Below are positions 52,754 to 64,000 of a stretch of DNA of 64,000 bases, piece by piece. Position 1 is the stretch's first letter. Each line of letters opens with the position of its first letter. The notes beneath the pieces are model-generated. The model saw only the letters and a list, made by a program, of their open reading frames with translations. It had not been told where the DNA came from and made no database searches. A program made the translations under genes and the position numbers. Origin of the DNA: an uncultured Planctomycetaceae bacterium. GTDB taxonomy: Bacteria; Planctomycetota; Planctomycetia; Planctomycetales; Planctomycetaceae. Location: NCBI GenBank assembly GCA_963813715.1, contig CAWFAK010000005.1:256001-320000 (forward strand), read 5' to 3'.

Positions 52754-53536
52754 TCAAAACTCGGCAGCACAGTCCTTGTAAACGATCAGGCCGTCGACTC
52801 GCAGGATGGTTCCGGTGATGTAGTCGGCCTCGTCCGAGCAGAGGAACGCGGCCGCGCGGCCGATGTCTTCGATGGTGCCGATACGCCCCCAGGGCAGCTT
52901 TTGGCCCTCCGCGCGAATTACGTCCTCGCCGAACACGGCTCGTTCCCCCGGCGTGTCGATCCAGCCGGGCTCGATGGCGTTGACGTTGATGCGATGCCGC
53001 GCCAACTCGACGGCGATTGTGCGGCACAGATGGTTGAGTCCCGCCTTACCGGCGTTGTAGGCCGCATTTCGCGCGTAGGGCACCGGGGCATGGACGCTGG
53101 AAATGAACAGAATCTTCCCTCCAGCCCCGCGCTCGACCAGGTGCCGCGCGACCAACTGGCTCACATGAAACGCGCTGATCAACACGCCGCGAATGATCAG
53201 CTCGAACTCGTCCGGATCGTAGCTGAGGAAGTCGCTCCGATTGTTGTAGGCCGGGTTGCTCACCAGGAGATCGACTCGCCCGGCTGCTGCGAGCGAGGAG
53301 GCGACGAGCCGCTCGCAGTCGCGGCGGCTGAAGACGTCGGCCTCGACGGTCGAACACGAACGGCCCAGCGAGCAAATTTCGGCCGCCGTCCGCGCCAGAT
53401 CGGGACTGCCGGGCCGATCGTTGATGATCAAATCCGCCCCGCTTCGCGCCAGCTCGAGCGCGCAGCCCTTGCCGATGCCGCGGCCGGCACCGGTGACGAG
53501 GGCAATTTTTCCAGCTAGCCGCTGGGCGGTGTCCAC
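52754..53536 (-). CDS. short-chain dehydrogenase/reductase
   Basis: ALVTGAGRGIG, YNAGK, VNAIEPGWIDT, YITGTILRVDG. Confidence 0.93.
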   Translation of the reverse strand: MDTAQRLAGKIALVTGAGRGIGKGCALELARSGADLIINDRPGSPDLARTAAEICSLGRSCSTVEADVFSRRDCERLVASSLAAAGRVDLLVSNPAYNNRSDFLSYDPDEFELIIRGVLISAFHVSQLVARHLVERGAGGKILFISSVHAPVPYARNAAYNAGKAGLNHLCRTIAVELARHRINVNAIEPGWIDTPGERAVFGEDVIRAEGQKLPWGRIGTIEDIGRAAAFLCSDEADYITGTILRVDGLIVYKDCAAEF

Positions 53537-53766
53537 GGCAACCCTTCGTAAAGTCGAGCGAGCGCACGAGTGACGAGCAGTGGGGCGCTGCGTGAGTGGA
53601 CCGAGTTTACAGTCGGCGGAGGCAGCCTGAAAGCACGCTGCGCACGACACGTGCGAACGCTGCCGCGTGCTTGCTGCGCGCTGCGTCAACCGATAGGCTG
53701 GAATTCCCCGGCGTCCCCCCGACGCCTTCTGTTAGCAGCAAGCTCAAGCCCCTCGGAAACCCTTCC

Positions 53767-55091
53767 ATGACGACTGCGTCAGCCCCTGCGCCCAAGCCCC
53801 GCCTGGCTTCGTTGGACCAGTTCCGCGGCTACACCGTCGCCGGCATGTTCCTGGTCAATTTCCTTTCGGGCTTCGTGGCAGCGCCGTTCGTGTGCCACCA
53901 TCACAACACGTACTGCAGCTACGCCGACACCATCATGCCGCAGTTCTTTTTCGCGGTCGGGTTCTCGATGCGTTTGAGCTTCGGGCGGCGCGTGATGCAG
54001 CAGGGGGCCTTGGCCGCTTATGGACATATGGTGAAGCGGTTGATTGGCCTGGCGCTTGTGGCCATTTTCATCACGTATTCGACCGATCCACCCTGGCCGA
54101 AAGACACGAAACACCATTGGGACGTTCTCGTCAGCATCGGCGCCTGGAAAGCGGTTTGGCCGCATGCCATCAAGAATGCCTGGTTCCAGACGTTGATGCA
54201 CATTGCGGTGACGTCGCTCTGGATCCTGCCCGTGATCCGGTTGGGAGCGATCTGGCGAGTTCTGTATCTCGTGGTGTCCGCGGCCTTGCACTTGGGACTG
54301 TCGGGCGTCTTCAACTTCCAGTGGGTGAACGGACTTCCTCCCTTCGAGGCGACCGGCACGGGCATCGACGGCGGGCCGCTCGGATTTCTGAGCTGGTCGA
54401 TCCCGACCCTGGTTGGCACGCTGGCTTGCGACGTGGCGCTCAATCAGGCGCTCTCCGGCGCGGGGAAGGTGATCCGCCTGTTCGGCTGGGGCGTCTCTTG
54501 ATGGCGCTCGGATATGGCGCCTCCTGCATGACGCGGATGTACGACGTGCCGGAGCGGAGCGTCGACGTTGGCTCGTTGCGATTCTCGCGGACGCCTGTGA
54601 TCCCGACGCACGACCAAGTGGAGACGTGGTGGGACAATCTCAAGCACCGGCATTGGTCGAAGGTGCTGGCCGAGCCCCCGCTTGTGCCTCCACCCCATAG
54701 CCAGGAAGAGATCAAGGACGAGGAACGAAAGCACGACGACAAGACCGAGGATCGCAGTTACGACTACCGCGAGTGGAATTACTGGATGATGAGCCAGCGC
54801 TCCGGCTCGATCTCGTACCTGACCTTCGGGGCCGGGCTCTCCATGGCGCTTTACGGCCTGTTCTATGTCCTGTCCGACCTGATCGGACTGAAGATCGGCA
54901 TCTTTCGCACGCTGGGCGTCAATGCGCTGGCCGGCTACATCTTGCACGACATGGTGGGCGACGCCGTGAAGAAGTTCGTGCCCAAAGATGCGCCCTCGAT
55001 CGCGATGTGGATTGGGTTTTTCGTCTTCTTTTTCGTGACGTGGCTCTTCCTGCGCTCGCTCGAGAAACAGAAGATTTACATCAAACTCTGA
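53767..55091 (+). CDS. heparan-alpha-glucosaminide N-acetyltransferase-like membrane protein (frameshift ~54495)
   Basis: RLASLDQFRGYTVAGMFLVN, YADTIMPQFFFAVG, DGGPLG, GVNALAGYILH, KQKIYIKL. Confidence 0.8.
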
Positions 55092-55312
55092 TCGCCAAAA
55101 GTCGAGCGACGGACGGACGGGTCCGGTTGCGCGAACTTTAACGCGCATGCCGACGGAATTGCCGGCGTCCTTTCGCATCGAAGGCGTCGCGACTTAAGGA
55201 ATTCTGGGGGCCGCCCGGCCAGTGGCCGGCAAACGCGGGGTGGATTTTCCGGTGGTTCGAGCGGTGGCGATCGCAGCTGGCAATCGGCTTCTAGCGAGCC
55301 GATATTCTTGGC

Positions 55313-55717
55313 ATGCTCGACTACGTCGCCGACGAACTCGCGGCCACGACCGGCTGGCGCCGCGTTTTGGAAGCCTACGCGAGCCTTGCCCCGGCGCCTC
55401 GGTCCGCGCGTACTCGCGCTCTCCCAACAACGGGCGACGTACCCGAAAGTCCCGAAGCGCTCGGCTTTGTGCCGCGCCTCTCCAAGGTGGAAGGCGTCGA
55501 TCCGGAGCAGCTTTCGTCGCTGCACGGCAAGCTGATCGCGCTCGGTTTGCTGACCTTCGAGGTCTCGGGCAAGTCGGGCATGCAATATCAAGTCAGTCCG
55601 TTGGGCCGTCGCACGCTGGATCGCGGGATTGACGACCGGTCGGTCGACGACGGGCTTTCCACGCCTGTGGATGAGAAGTCGGATGACGCCGAGAGTGCGG
55701 AACTCGAAGCGGCCTGA
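55313..55717 (+). CDS. hypothetical protein with winged-helix-like core
   Basis: LSSLHGKLIALGLLTFE..YQVSPLGRR. Confidence 0.65.
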   Translation: MLDYVADELAATTGWRRVLEAYASLAPAPRSARTRALPTTGDVPESPEALGFVPRLSKVEGVDPEQLSSLHGKLIALGLLTFEVSGKSGMQYQVSPLGRRTLDRGIDDRSVDDGLSTPVDEKSDDAESAELEAA

Positions 55718-55734
55718 CCGGCGAGTAAACGACT

Positions 55735-56894
55735 CTACTCGTCCGCGCCGGAAATGATTCTCAGGTAGCTGGCATAGCGGACTGGCGAGATCAAGTCGCG
55801 GTCGACCGCGCGCTTCACGGCGCAGCCAGTTTCGTGCTCGTGCGAGCAGTCCGGGAAGTGGCAGCCGGGCACGAACGGACGGAACTCCGGAAAAAAGCCC
55901 TCGACCTCCTCGGGTCGCACGGCCCACAGGTCCATCTGGCGAATGCCCGGCGTATCGACCACCCAGCCGCCAAAGTCGAGCGGGTGGAGCACGGCCGTCC
56001 GCGTGGTGTGACGCCCCTTCTGGGTCCAGGCGCTCACCGAACCGGTTTCCAGCCGCAGCCCCGGCTGCAGCGCGTTGAGCAGCGACGACTTGCCCACGCC
56101 GCTCTGGCCGGCCGCCACGGTTTCGTGCCCCTTGAGCAGGTGCTGCAATTCCTCGATTCCCGTTTGCGCCGTCGCGCTCGTCAACACAATCTCGTAGCCC
56201 AGTCGGGCGTAGGTCCCGACGATCGGTTGCAGGCGGACCGTGTCGACCAGGTCGCACTTGTTGATGCAGATGATCGGCCGGGCGCCCCCTTGTGCGCGCT
56301 GATCAACAGACGATCGATCAAGTTCGTTTTGAGCCCGGGGTTGGCCGCCGAAGCCAGGATCAGTGCCTGGGTAATATTGGCGGCGATCACCTGCTCCTTG
56401 CCCTTGGTGCCGCGGTTCAGGACGGAGCGACGCGGATTGATCCGCTCGATGACCCCGTGCTCACGATCGATGGGCTGAAACAGGACACTGTCGCCCGCGA
56501 CGACGGCGCCCCGCTGGTCGCGGCTCATGGTGCGGACGACGCGGCGCACCGTGCATTCGTAAACACGACCGCCGGCAGCCGCGTCCGAGACGAGGCAGTT
56601 GAGGCCGGTCGCAGAAAGGACTCGCCCCGTACGGCTCGTTGTTTCATCGACGGCCCGCAACGCATCGGCGCCACCCTCCTCGTTCGACAGGATGGTGCGA
56701 TAGCGCGTCAGGTCGCCCTTCCCGCTGATCCGCTCGACGGAGGGCAGGTCGACGGTTTCGACGTCGTCCTTCCGCACGTCCCGCGTCACATCGCCCACGC
56801 GCGCTCGGCGCTGGCGATTCTTGCGGAAGGCGATCCGCACTTTGCGCGGCTTTTTTCGCGCGAAGACGTGGGCTCCCGCGACGGGGACTTTCAA
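55735..56894 (-). CDS. rsgA: ribosome small subunit-dependent GTPase A (frameshift ~56275; start uncertain)
   Basis: VVAGD, VIAANI, LIDRLL, INKCDL, GQSGVGKSSL, GRHTT, DTPG, CHFPDCSHEHETGC. Confidence 0.92.
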
Positions 56895-57085
56895 ACGAAG
56901 ATCGGCACCCGAGTGATCTTAACTGGCTGCCGGAAAGCCGGGCAGGCTGCCGTCGGTGAATTCGCCCGTCGATCAAGACTCAAAGACCGACCAGGGGTTC
57001 GCTCCAACTGACCTGAAACCGCCCAAAGTGCGACCGGCAGGGGCCATCAATAAGGCCGACGGGGAGGAGAGCGAGCCCCGGGCTG

Positions 57086-57601
57086 CTACTTGTCGAGCCA
57101 GACCAGCTTGTCGTCGTCGAGATCGTCGTCATCGTCGTCGACCCGGCGCGGATTGCTCGTGTTGAGGTCGTGTCGCTGGGAAGGAGCACGGCGCGGTTCT
57201 ACCGGGACTCGCGAAAACCGTGAGCTGTCCGGGTCGCCGCGGTGGCTCAGTCCTGCCTTTTCGAGCAAGCTCATCGACAACGGATCGGGTTCGGCTTCCG
57301 CCGGCGGAGCGTCGCCGCTGGGGCTGTAATTGACCTCATAGCGATGCTTCGAGACGGAAATCACGTCGCCCGGCATGAGCCAATGAGCGTCGCAACGGAT
57401 GCCGTTGACCTTGATTCCGTTGCGGCTACCCAGGTCGCGCACGTGCCAGTAGCCGTTCATCAACCGGAGTTCGCAGTGACGCGAGGAGACGTTGGGGAAC
57501 CCCAGCGTGATGTCGCAACTCGGTTGACGGCCAACAACTAGCCACTGCTTTTGCAGCGGAATGGGGTCACCCCCGCCGCAGGGATTCAACTCACCGAACA
57601 T
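57086..57601 (-). CDS. FHA-domain protein
   Basis: VVGRQPSCDI, NVSSRHC, DLGSRNG. Confidence 0.9.
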   Translation of the reverse strand: MFGELNPCGGGDPIPLQKQWLVVGRQPSCDITLGFPNVSSRHCELRLMNGYWHVRDLGSRNGIKVNGIRCDAHWLMPGDVISVSKHRYEVNYSPSGDAPPAEAEPDPLSMSLLEKAGLSHRGDPDSSRFSRVPVEPRRAPSQRHDLNTSNPRRVDDDDDDLDDDKLVWLDK

Positions 57602-57920
57602 GCGAGACTTTCAGGGCATTTTCAGGTTTTTGGCCTGCAAATGACCCGTTTTTTGATGAGGCAGGGAGTCGGAAGCCGGCGAATGCCCGTCGAAGCAAAT
57701 CTTGTTTCAATGTATCGACGGTTAACAGACCCGTCAATTCGCTAAATCGGTTCCGGGTTAAGACTACGGTACTGTGGCAGTGCATAAACAAAAATCGGGC
57801 CAATTCGCGGAAACTCTATTGGAGGAACCGTTGTCCAAAGGGAGTTGGCAACTTCTGACGGTGTGTGGTCAGCCTCGATCGCGCGTGATCCGCCACCTCG
57901 CATTAAGATGAAGCTTGACC

Positions 57921-58328
<408 letters not shown>

Positions 58329-58475
58329 GGTCTTTCTTTTCAGCCCCTCGCGTGCCTGTTGGGCCTCGGACGGGGGCGGATGACTGGTCCGGTCTTCTCG
58401 ACGGGTCCTGTTCGTGATATCAATCTCTCGTTTTGGGGGGACCCGCCAGCACCGGAAACTGAGGAAGCACCGCGG

Positions 58476-58797
58476 ATGCGGTCCCGTTCGACCCTCTCCT
58501 TACTGGCGGTCTTCGTTTTGAGGCGCAGGCTGCGTCTCCACGTTGCGGCCCCTCCCCGAGATCACGTTCACGCCGGCCGACAAAAAGCCGGCGGCAACTC
58601 CCGACGCAACCCATCCGGCGGCGAACGTCGGACAGCCGGTTGCCGACATCAGTTCCACCACCAGCCTCACCTCGCGCTGGTCGAAGCTTTTCGGGGGTCA
58701 AGGGTCGAGTGATCGCACGGCACTACCGCGCGCCGATCAGCCCTTGGAGGGAAGCCCTGGTGGCGCCGGCTTACAGGAGATCGGGCGCGACTTTTAA
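58476..58797 (+). CDS. small putative lipoprotein (frameshift ~58520)
   Basis: MRSRSTLSLLAVFVL then AGC lipobox in the shifted frame, continuing into ORF 58543..58797. Confidence 0.55.
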
Positions 58798-58973
58798 CGC
58801 GTGACCGTAACGCGTGGCAGAGGCGTTTGGACGAGCGGTGTCGGCGCGGGCGTTTCGCTTGATTTTGGCCGTCTGCCGATTGGTCCGCGCACGAGAATTG
58901 CTGGCAAACTGATATCCGGCGAATTAGAATGCGGCGCTGCGGGGAAGGCTCGTGGTTGGCAGCGCCTTCGTCG

Positions 58974-59001
58974 TTGACGCTCAATTCCGGCCCACTACAA
59001 T
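58974..59001 (+). promoter_or_regulatory. sigma-70-like promoter for the hpf-pts cluster
   Basis: TTGACG-N16-TACAAT. Confidence 0.45.
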
Positions 59002-59089
59002 CTGGACTTTCGGGTTGCCAGCCGATTCCCCAACACCTGCCAAGGGTCGCTCGGCGCCGGACAAACGCTGATCCGTCCGTAAGGAGTCT

Positions 59090-59449
59090 GTGTCGGTGCA
59101 AATTGCCATTACGTGCCGCCATGGCTCGATCTCCGACGACGTCCGTGACTATCTGGCACGCAAGTCCGAAAAGCTGTTGACCTATTTCGAGCGGGTCACG
59201 GCGATTGGCGTAACGGTGATCTTTGCTCAGGAACAGATCAAGGGGCGGATTCGCGTCGAAATCCTGCTCGACGCGGAACATAAGCATAACTTTGTCGCCA
59301 CCGACGAAGGGGACGAGGTCCTCTCGACGTTTGATCGAACCTTGACCAAGATGGAGCAGCAGCTCAAGAAGTACAAGGCAAAGATCCAGGACCATCGCCG
59401 CGGTCTGAACGACGTTGCCGGCGACGACCGATCGGTGGAATCGGAATGA
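59090..59449 (+). CDS. hpf: ribosome hibernation promoting factor (RaiA/HPF)
   Basis: QIAITCRHGSISD, KLLTYFERVT, KMEQQLKKYKAKIQDH. Confidence 0.9.
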   Translation: MSVQIAITCRHGSISDDVRDYLARKSEKLLTYFERVTAIGVTVIFAQEQIKGRIRVEILLDAEHKHNFVATDEGDEVLSTFDRTLTKMEQQLKKYKAKIQDHRRGLNDVAGDDRSVESE

Positions 59450-59714
59450 CCTCGGGGCACTTCCGGAAATCGCGTGCGGCCAAGGAAGAGAATAACCAGA
59501 CGACGAGACCGAGCGCCGGCCCATCTCCGCCCCGCGTTCCTGCGGCCCTCACCTCGAACCGACGGCTTCGGCTGCACGCCGGGCTCTGCACGACGTTTGC
59601 ACTTGCGAGCGCGGCCGGACTCGGAGCCGGCGGTCCAATCCTTCGCTCCTCCCCGCGGTCTCCACGCTGCGGCTCCTTGAAATACTGATTGAGACGAAGA
59701 CAAGGGAACAGCTG

Positions 59715-60185
59715 ATGAAGATGACTGATTTTGTCGTCAAAGAGGCGATCGTGCCCGACCTGCAGGCCACCACCAAGGAGGCGGCAATTCGGGCGCTGGT
59801 GGACAGCCTAAAAAAATCGGGAAGCATTCGTGCCGAGGACGAGCAAAGCATTGTGGCGGCCATCCTCAAGCGTGAGGAGTTGGGCTCGACGGGCATCGGG
59901 ATGCGCGTCGCCGTGCCGCACACCAAGCATCCGTCCGTCGACCGCCTGATCGCCACGATCGCCCTCTCGCAGGCAGGGGTCGACTTCGCGAGCCTGGATG
60001 GCGAAGACGTCAACATCCTGTTCCTGCTGGTTTCCCCTCCCGACCGTCCCGGAGATCATCTGCGGGGCCTGGAGAACATTTCGCGTCACTTGCGCAACCA
60101 GAACTTCTGCAAGTTCCTCCGCCAGTCCCCGAGCCAGGATGCGATTTGGGATCTGCTTCGCGAAGCCGACAACAACGAGCTTTGA
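59715..60185 (+). CDS. ptsN: PTS EIIA (Ntr/fructose-type)
   Basis: [39 protein letters not shown]. Confidence 0.9.
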   Translation: MKMTDFVVKEAIVPDLQATTKEAAIRALVDSLKKSGSIRAEDEQSIVAAILKREELGSTGIGMRVAVPHTKHPSVDRLIATIALSQAGVDFASLDGEDVNILFLLVSPPDRPGDHLRGLENISRHLRNQNFCKFLRQSPSQDAIWDLLREADNNEL

Positions 60186-60290
60186 ACCGCGGCCGCCGTG
60201 CCGATCGCTGCCAAGTCTGCATCACGCCCGCGCGAATCACCCCGACCCGAACAGGGACGTTCGGTCAACAGGTCGACTCTCCGCAAACTT

Positions 60291-60587
60291 ATGGTTGAAG
60301 ACACCCGCTTCCGCCGCACAGTGACCGTGAATCTGAAGGACGGACTGCATTTGCGGCCGATCTCGCAGATCGTGGAGACGGTGCGCCGATTCGGCTCCCC
60401 GGTGCGGATCTCCAAGGGCGATCTCTCGGCCGACGCAGGAAACGTGCTCGATTTGATCCCGCTCAGGATTGAATACGGCAGCACGCTGATTCTCGAGGCG
60501 TCCGGCGATAACGCGGCCGAAACGCTCGATGCGCTGGTCGCCCTCTTCGAGTCGAATTTTGAAGACGTCGCTTCACCCGACGAGTGA
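60291..60587 (+). CDS. ptsH: phosphocarrier protein HPr
   Basis: NLKDGLHLRP (His15 equivalent), GSTLILEASGDNAAETLDAL. Confidence 0.88.
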   Translation: MVEDTRFRRTVTVNLKDGLHLRPISQIVETVRRFGSPVRISKGDLSADAGNVLDLIPLRIEYGSTLILEASGDNAAETLDALVALFESNFEDVASPDE

Positions 60588-60739
60588 CTCTCGTCGCGCG
60601 AGCGATCCCAGGAGCAACGATCCGTGAGATCTCAGACCATCACGACGGCGACCGGTCGCAGGTTCACACGATTCTCTGGGAAAACGCCCTGCACCCGTCA
60701 CGCACGCCACCTCGGATTCCCTCCGCCCCCGGGTCATCC

Positions 60740-62488
60740 ATGTTGACCAAGCGCGGCATCCCGGTTTCGCCCGGAGTGGTCAGCGGACCGGCGCTCGTGC
60801 TCGGCGTGGAAGATTTCCGCATTCCCCAGCGCTATGTCGGCGTTGACGCTGTCGAAACTGAGATCGCCCGTTTCCAGGCGGCTTTGAGCGTCGTCTGCGA
60901 CGAAATCGCCGAAAACGAAAGCCTGGCGACCAAAACGCTGGGCAAGCAGTACGGGGCGATTTTCGGCGCCCACCTGCAGATGGTGCAGGACCCCAAGCTG
61001 GTCGACGAAATCTTCAAGCTCGTCCGCGAACGGCATTTCTCGCCCGAATTCGCCTGCAGCCGCGTCTTTCGCCGCTACGCGAAGATGTTTCAGAACCTGG
61101 GCAACCGCTACCTCGCCGACCGGGCCGACGACATCTTCGACCTTGAGAAGCGCATTCTCCGCCACCTGCTGGGCGCAAGGCGCGAAGAGTTGATGCATCT
61201 GACCGAGCCGGTGATCGTGCTGGCGAACAATCTGACGCCCGGCGAGACGGCAACCCTGCCCAAGCAGTTCGTGCTGGGATTTGCCACGCAGCTGGGGGGC
61301 CGCACCAGTCACACGGCCATTCTCGCCGGGGCCCTAGAGATCCCGGCCGTCGTCGGCCTGGGGGACTTCCTATCCGACGTGTCCGCGGGCGAAACCGTGA
61401 TTATCGACGGCACTCGCGGCGAGATCATCATCGAGCCCGACGAGGAAACCCTCGCGAAATATCGGGATTCCCAGGTGCGGGCCAGGTCAGTCGTCGCCCG
61501 TCTGGAGTCGCTGCGGCAGGAACCATCGGTCACCCGCGACCAGGTCCGCATCCTGCTCTTGGGCAACATCGAGTTCCCGGAAGAGGTCGAGCATTGCACC
61601 CAGCGCGGAGCCGACGGGATCGGGCTCTACCGCACCGAGTTCCTTTATCTGCGAGGCGGCCCGGAGCCGACCGAAGAGGACCACGTCGCGGCCTACCGCA
61701 AGGTGGTGAGCGCCTTCAACGGTCACGAGGTCGTGATTCGCACGCTGGATCTGGGAGCCGACAAGTTTCCCAGCGAGCATAAGAGCCTGTCGTCGACGGC
61801 CAATACCTCGGCGCTGGGGCTGCGCAGCATCCGTCTGGCGCTGCAGAATCTGCCGTTGTTCAAAACCCAGTTACGCGCTATTCTGCGGGCGGCCGCAGCC
61901 GGCAATGCGGCGATCATGTTCCCGCTGGTCTCGTCGCTGTTGGAACTGCGGCAGGCCAAGATGATTCTCGAGGACGTCAAGGAAGATCTGGAAGAAGAGG
62001 GGGTCGCGTTTAAAAGGGACGTCCCCGTCGGTATGATGGTCGAGGTTCCCTCCGCAGCCCTCTTGGCGGACGAGTTTGCGCGAGAGGTCGACTTCTTCTC
62101 GATCGGTACCAACGATCTGATCCAGTACACACTGGCCGTCGATCGTTCCGACCCCGAAGTGGCGAATCTCTACAGCTCCGGCGACCCTTCGATCCTGCGG
62201 CTGATTCGCCGCGTAGTCGAGGCCGGGCGAAAGCGCAACATCCCCGTCACGGTTTGCGGGCAGATGAGTTCCGATCCCAAGTACATTCCGCTGTTGATCG
62301 GAATGGGGATCCAGCGACTAAGCGTGACGCCGCATTTAATCCCCGAAGTGAAGTCGGTCATTCGCTCGATTGACCTGCCTCAGGCCGAGGAAATCGCCTC
62401 CCGGGCGATGGCGCTCGACTTGGCACGCGATGTCGAAAATTATTTGCGAGGTGAATTGAAAAAGGTCTGCCCGGATCTGGTCCAGTGA
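60740..62488 (+). CDS. ptsI: phosphoenolpyruvate-protein phosphotransferase (Enzyme I)
   Basis: GIPVSPG, GGRTSHTAILA, GIGLYRTEFL, RTLDLGADK, GMMVEVP, FFSIGTNDLIQY, VCGQM. Confidence 0.96.
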   Translation: MLTKRGIPVSPGVVSGPALVLGVEDFRIPQRYVGVDAVETEIARFQAALSVVCDEIAENESLATKTLGKQYGAIFGAHLQMVQDPKLVDEIFKLVRERHFSPEFACSRVFRRYAKMFQNLGNRYLADRADDIFDLEKRILRHLLGARREELMHLTEPVIVLANNLTPGETATLPKQFVLGFATQLGGRTSHTAILAGALEIPAVVGLGDFLSDVSAGETVIIDGTRGEIIIEPDEETLAKYRDSQVRARSVVARLESLRQEPSVTRDQVRILLLGNIEFPEEVEHCTQRGADGIGLYRTEFLYLRGGPEPTEEDHVAAYRKVVSAFNGHEVVIRTLDLGADKFPSEHKSLSSTANTSALGLRSIRLALQNLPLFKTQLRAILRAAAAGNAAIMFPLVSSLLELRQAKMILEDVKEDLEEEGVAFKRDVPVGMMVEVPSAALLADEFAREVDFFSIGTNDLIQYTLAVDRSDPEVANLYSSGDPSILRLIRRVVEAGRKRNIPVTVCGQMSSDPKYIPLLIGMGIQRLSVTPHLIPEVKSVIRSIDLPQAEEIASRAMALDLARDVENYLRGELKKVCPDLVQ

Positions 62489-63113
62489 CCTCCGCTTCGG
62501 GCAGTCGGAAGGGCCGGTCGGCTCTTCCCGTTTGCGGCCGCCGGTCCCGATGGATGCGGCGGCCCCGAGATCGATCAAATCAGTTTTTTCGGGTGCGTAT
62601 TCGTTAGATGATTGCCGGTCGCATGCGGGCCGATCCCGTGCCCCCAGTTTTCCGCTCGTCGAACTTGTCCGACCAACAGACTCGGACCGCGCGAGAACGG
62701 GGCAGACTCGGGTAGGCGGCTATTGCCCGGTGACTGGGACGGCGCGAGCATTGTCTCGTGCCGCGTGCAGGCATGGGCCAAATGGACCGTCGCACGCTTC
62801 CGCGGTGGGCCGCGGAAGGCTGAATCCGGGCCTCTGGAAACAGACGATGGCCCGGGTTCTTTCGCCACTCTGCGTCGGAAATGCTCGGCTCGAGGCCGGC
62901 GAGGTTTTCACAAGCGAGTCGATTCGACCGCCCAAAAGAAACTCGCCTCCCGTCTGCCCGCGCCGCAAGTGGCGGCCGGGTGTTCTTTCTCTCCAGATCC
63001 GGACGCGCACCGTTCGCGCTCCGCCGTCTCTGGCGACGGGTTCACGGCCTTATCCCTCCGGCAATCACCCGAACTGCGCGCCCTTGGCCGCCATTTGCGA
63101 CGAAGGGCAATGA

Positions 63114-64000
63114 ATGAAAAAGGAAATGTTGATCAATGTCCTCCAGTCCGAAGAAAGCCGGATCGCCATCCTCGAGGATGGCGTGCTGGAGGAACTCTAC
63201 GTCGAACGCAGTAGCATCGAGAACTGCGTCGGGAACATCTATAAAGGCCGCGTCGTCAATATCGAGCCCAGTATTCAGGCGGTCTTCGTCGACTTCGGCG
63301 TCGGCCGCAACGGGTTCCTGCACGTCAGCGACGTCGAATATCAGTACTACAAGCACCTGCTTCCCAACGGCGGCCAGGCCGACGACGAAGAAGATCCCCG
63401 CTACCAGCGCGGCCGCCGACGCTTCAACGAGCGCAGCGTCCGCAACAAGCCGCCGATTCAGGAAATCTTCCGCCGCGGCAGCGAAGTCCTGGTGCAGGTG
63501 ATCAAGGAAGGCATCGGCACCAAGGGGCCGACCCTCTCGACGTACATCAGCATTCCCGGCCGTTACCTCGTGTTGATGCCCGGTCTCCAGCGGGTCGGCG
63601 TGAGCCGCAAAATCGCCGACGACGATCTGCGGCGCAAGCTCCGCCAGGCGCTGTTAGAGCTCAATCCGCCGCAGGGGCTGGGCTTCATCATCCGCACGGC
63701 CGGCACCGACCGTGCCAAGCGCGACTCTGCACCGCGACCTCAACTATCTCTTGCGGCTCTGGCGGACGATCGTGCGCCGCATCCGGAAGGCCTCGGGTCC
63801 GGTCGGCATCTACGAAGAAAGCGACATGATCATCCGGACGATCCGCGACATCTATAACAGCGAGATCGACACCGTATTGATCGACGAGCCGCAGGCCTTC
63901 GAGCGGGCCCGCGAGTTCATGAAGATCGTCATGCCCCGCAATGTGAACCGCATCAAGCTCTATGAGGGCAAAGAGGCCCTGTTCCACAAGTATCACATCG
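63114..64000 (+). CDS. ribonuclease E/G family (frameshift ~63725; runs off window)
   Basis: MKKEMLINV, GNIYKGRVVNIEPSIQAVFVD, NGFLHVSD, VQVIKEGIGTKGPTL, IPGRYLVLMP, GFIIRTAG; shifted frame DLNYLLRLW..IIRTIRD. Confidence 0.93.

Overview
High-GC bacterial chromosomal segment, almost certainly Planctomycetota and probably Planctomycetaceae-like. This rests on a PVC-type CxxCH heme protein, a TIGR03009-like protein, a PQQ/BamB-like propeller, shc, the hpf-ptsN-ptsH-ptsI-rne cluster and rnpB. Housekeeping content: lon, groES/groEL, two ABC transporter subunits, rfbC, pdxA, shc, rsgA, RNase P RNA, PTS genes and rne/rng. About 20 genes are broken by single-base indels, including groups normally needed intact (rsgA, rne), so these are most likely long-read assembly errors. 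The first ~19 kb is accessory and rich in palindromic repeats, with about six REP-like families. It contains: a RAYT (TnpA-REP) transposase flanked by its cognate REPs; a 90-bp REP doublet sitting in frame inside a GDSL-hydrolase gene; a 105-bp MITE-like element inserted exactly into the loop of another REP with a 4-bp duplication; and an orphan RepA/AAA_25-type helicase gene with an attenuator-like leader and a repeat-built tail. The best candidate for an undescribed system is an ECF sigma factor with no adjacent anti-sigma gene. It is preceded by an ECF-type promoter and a ~770-nt leader packed with hairpins, which holds a 128-aa uORF, a 3x30-bp two-state repeat, and both ribosome-binding sites buried in stems. 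All calls were made by eye without database searches.
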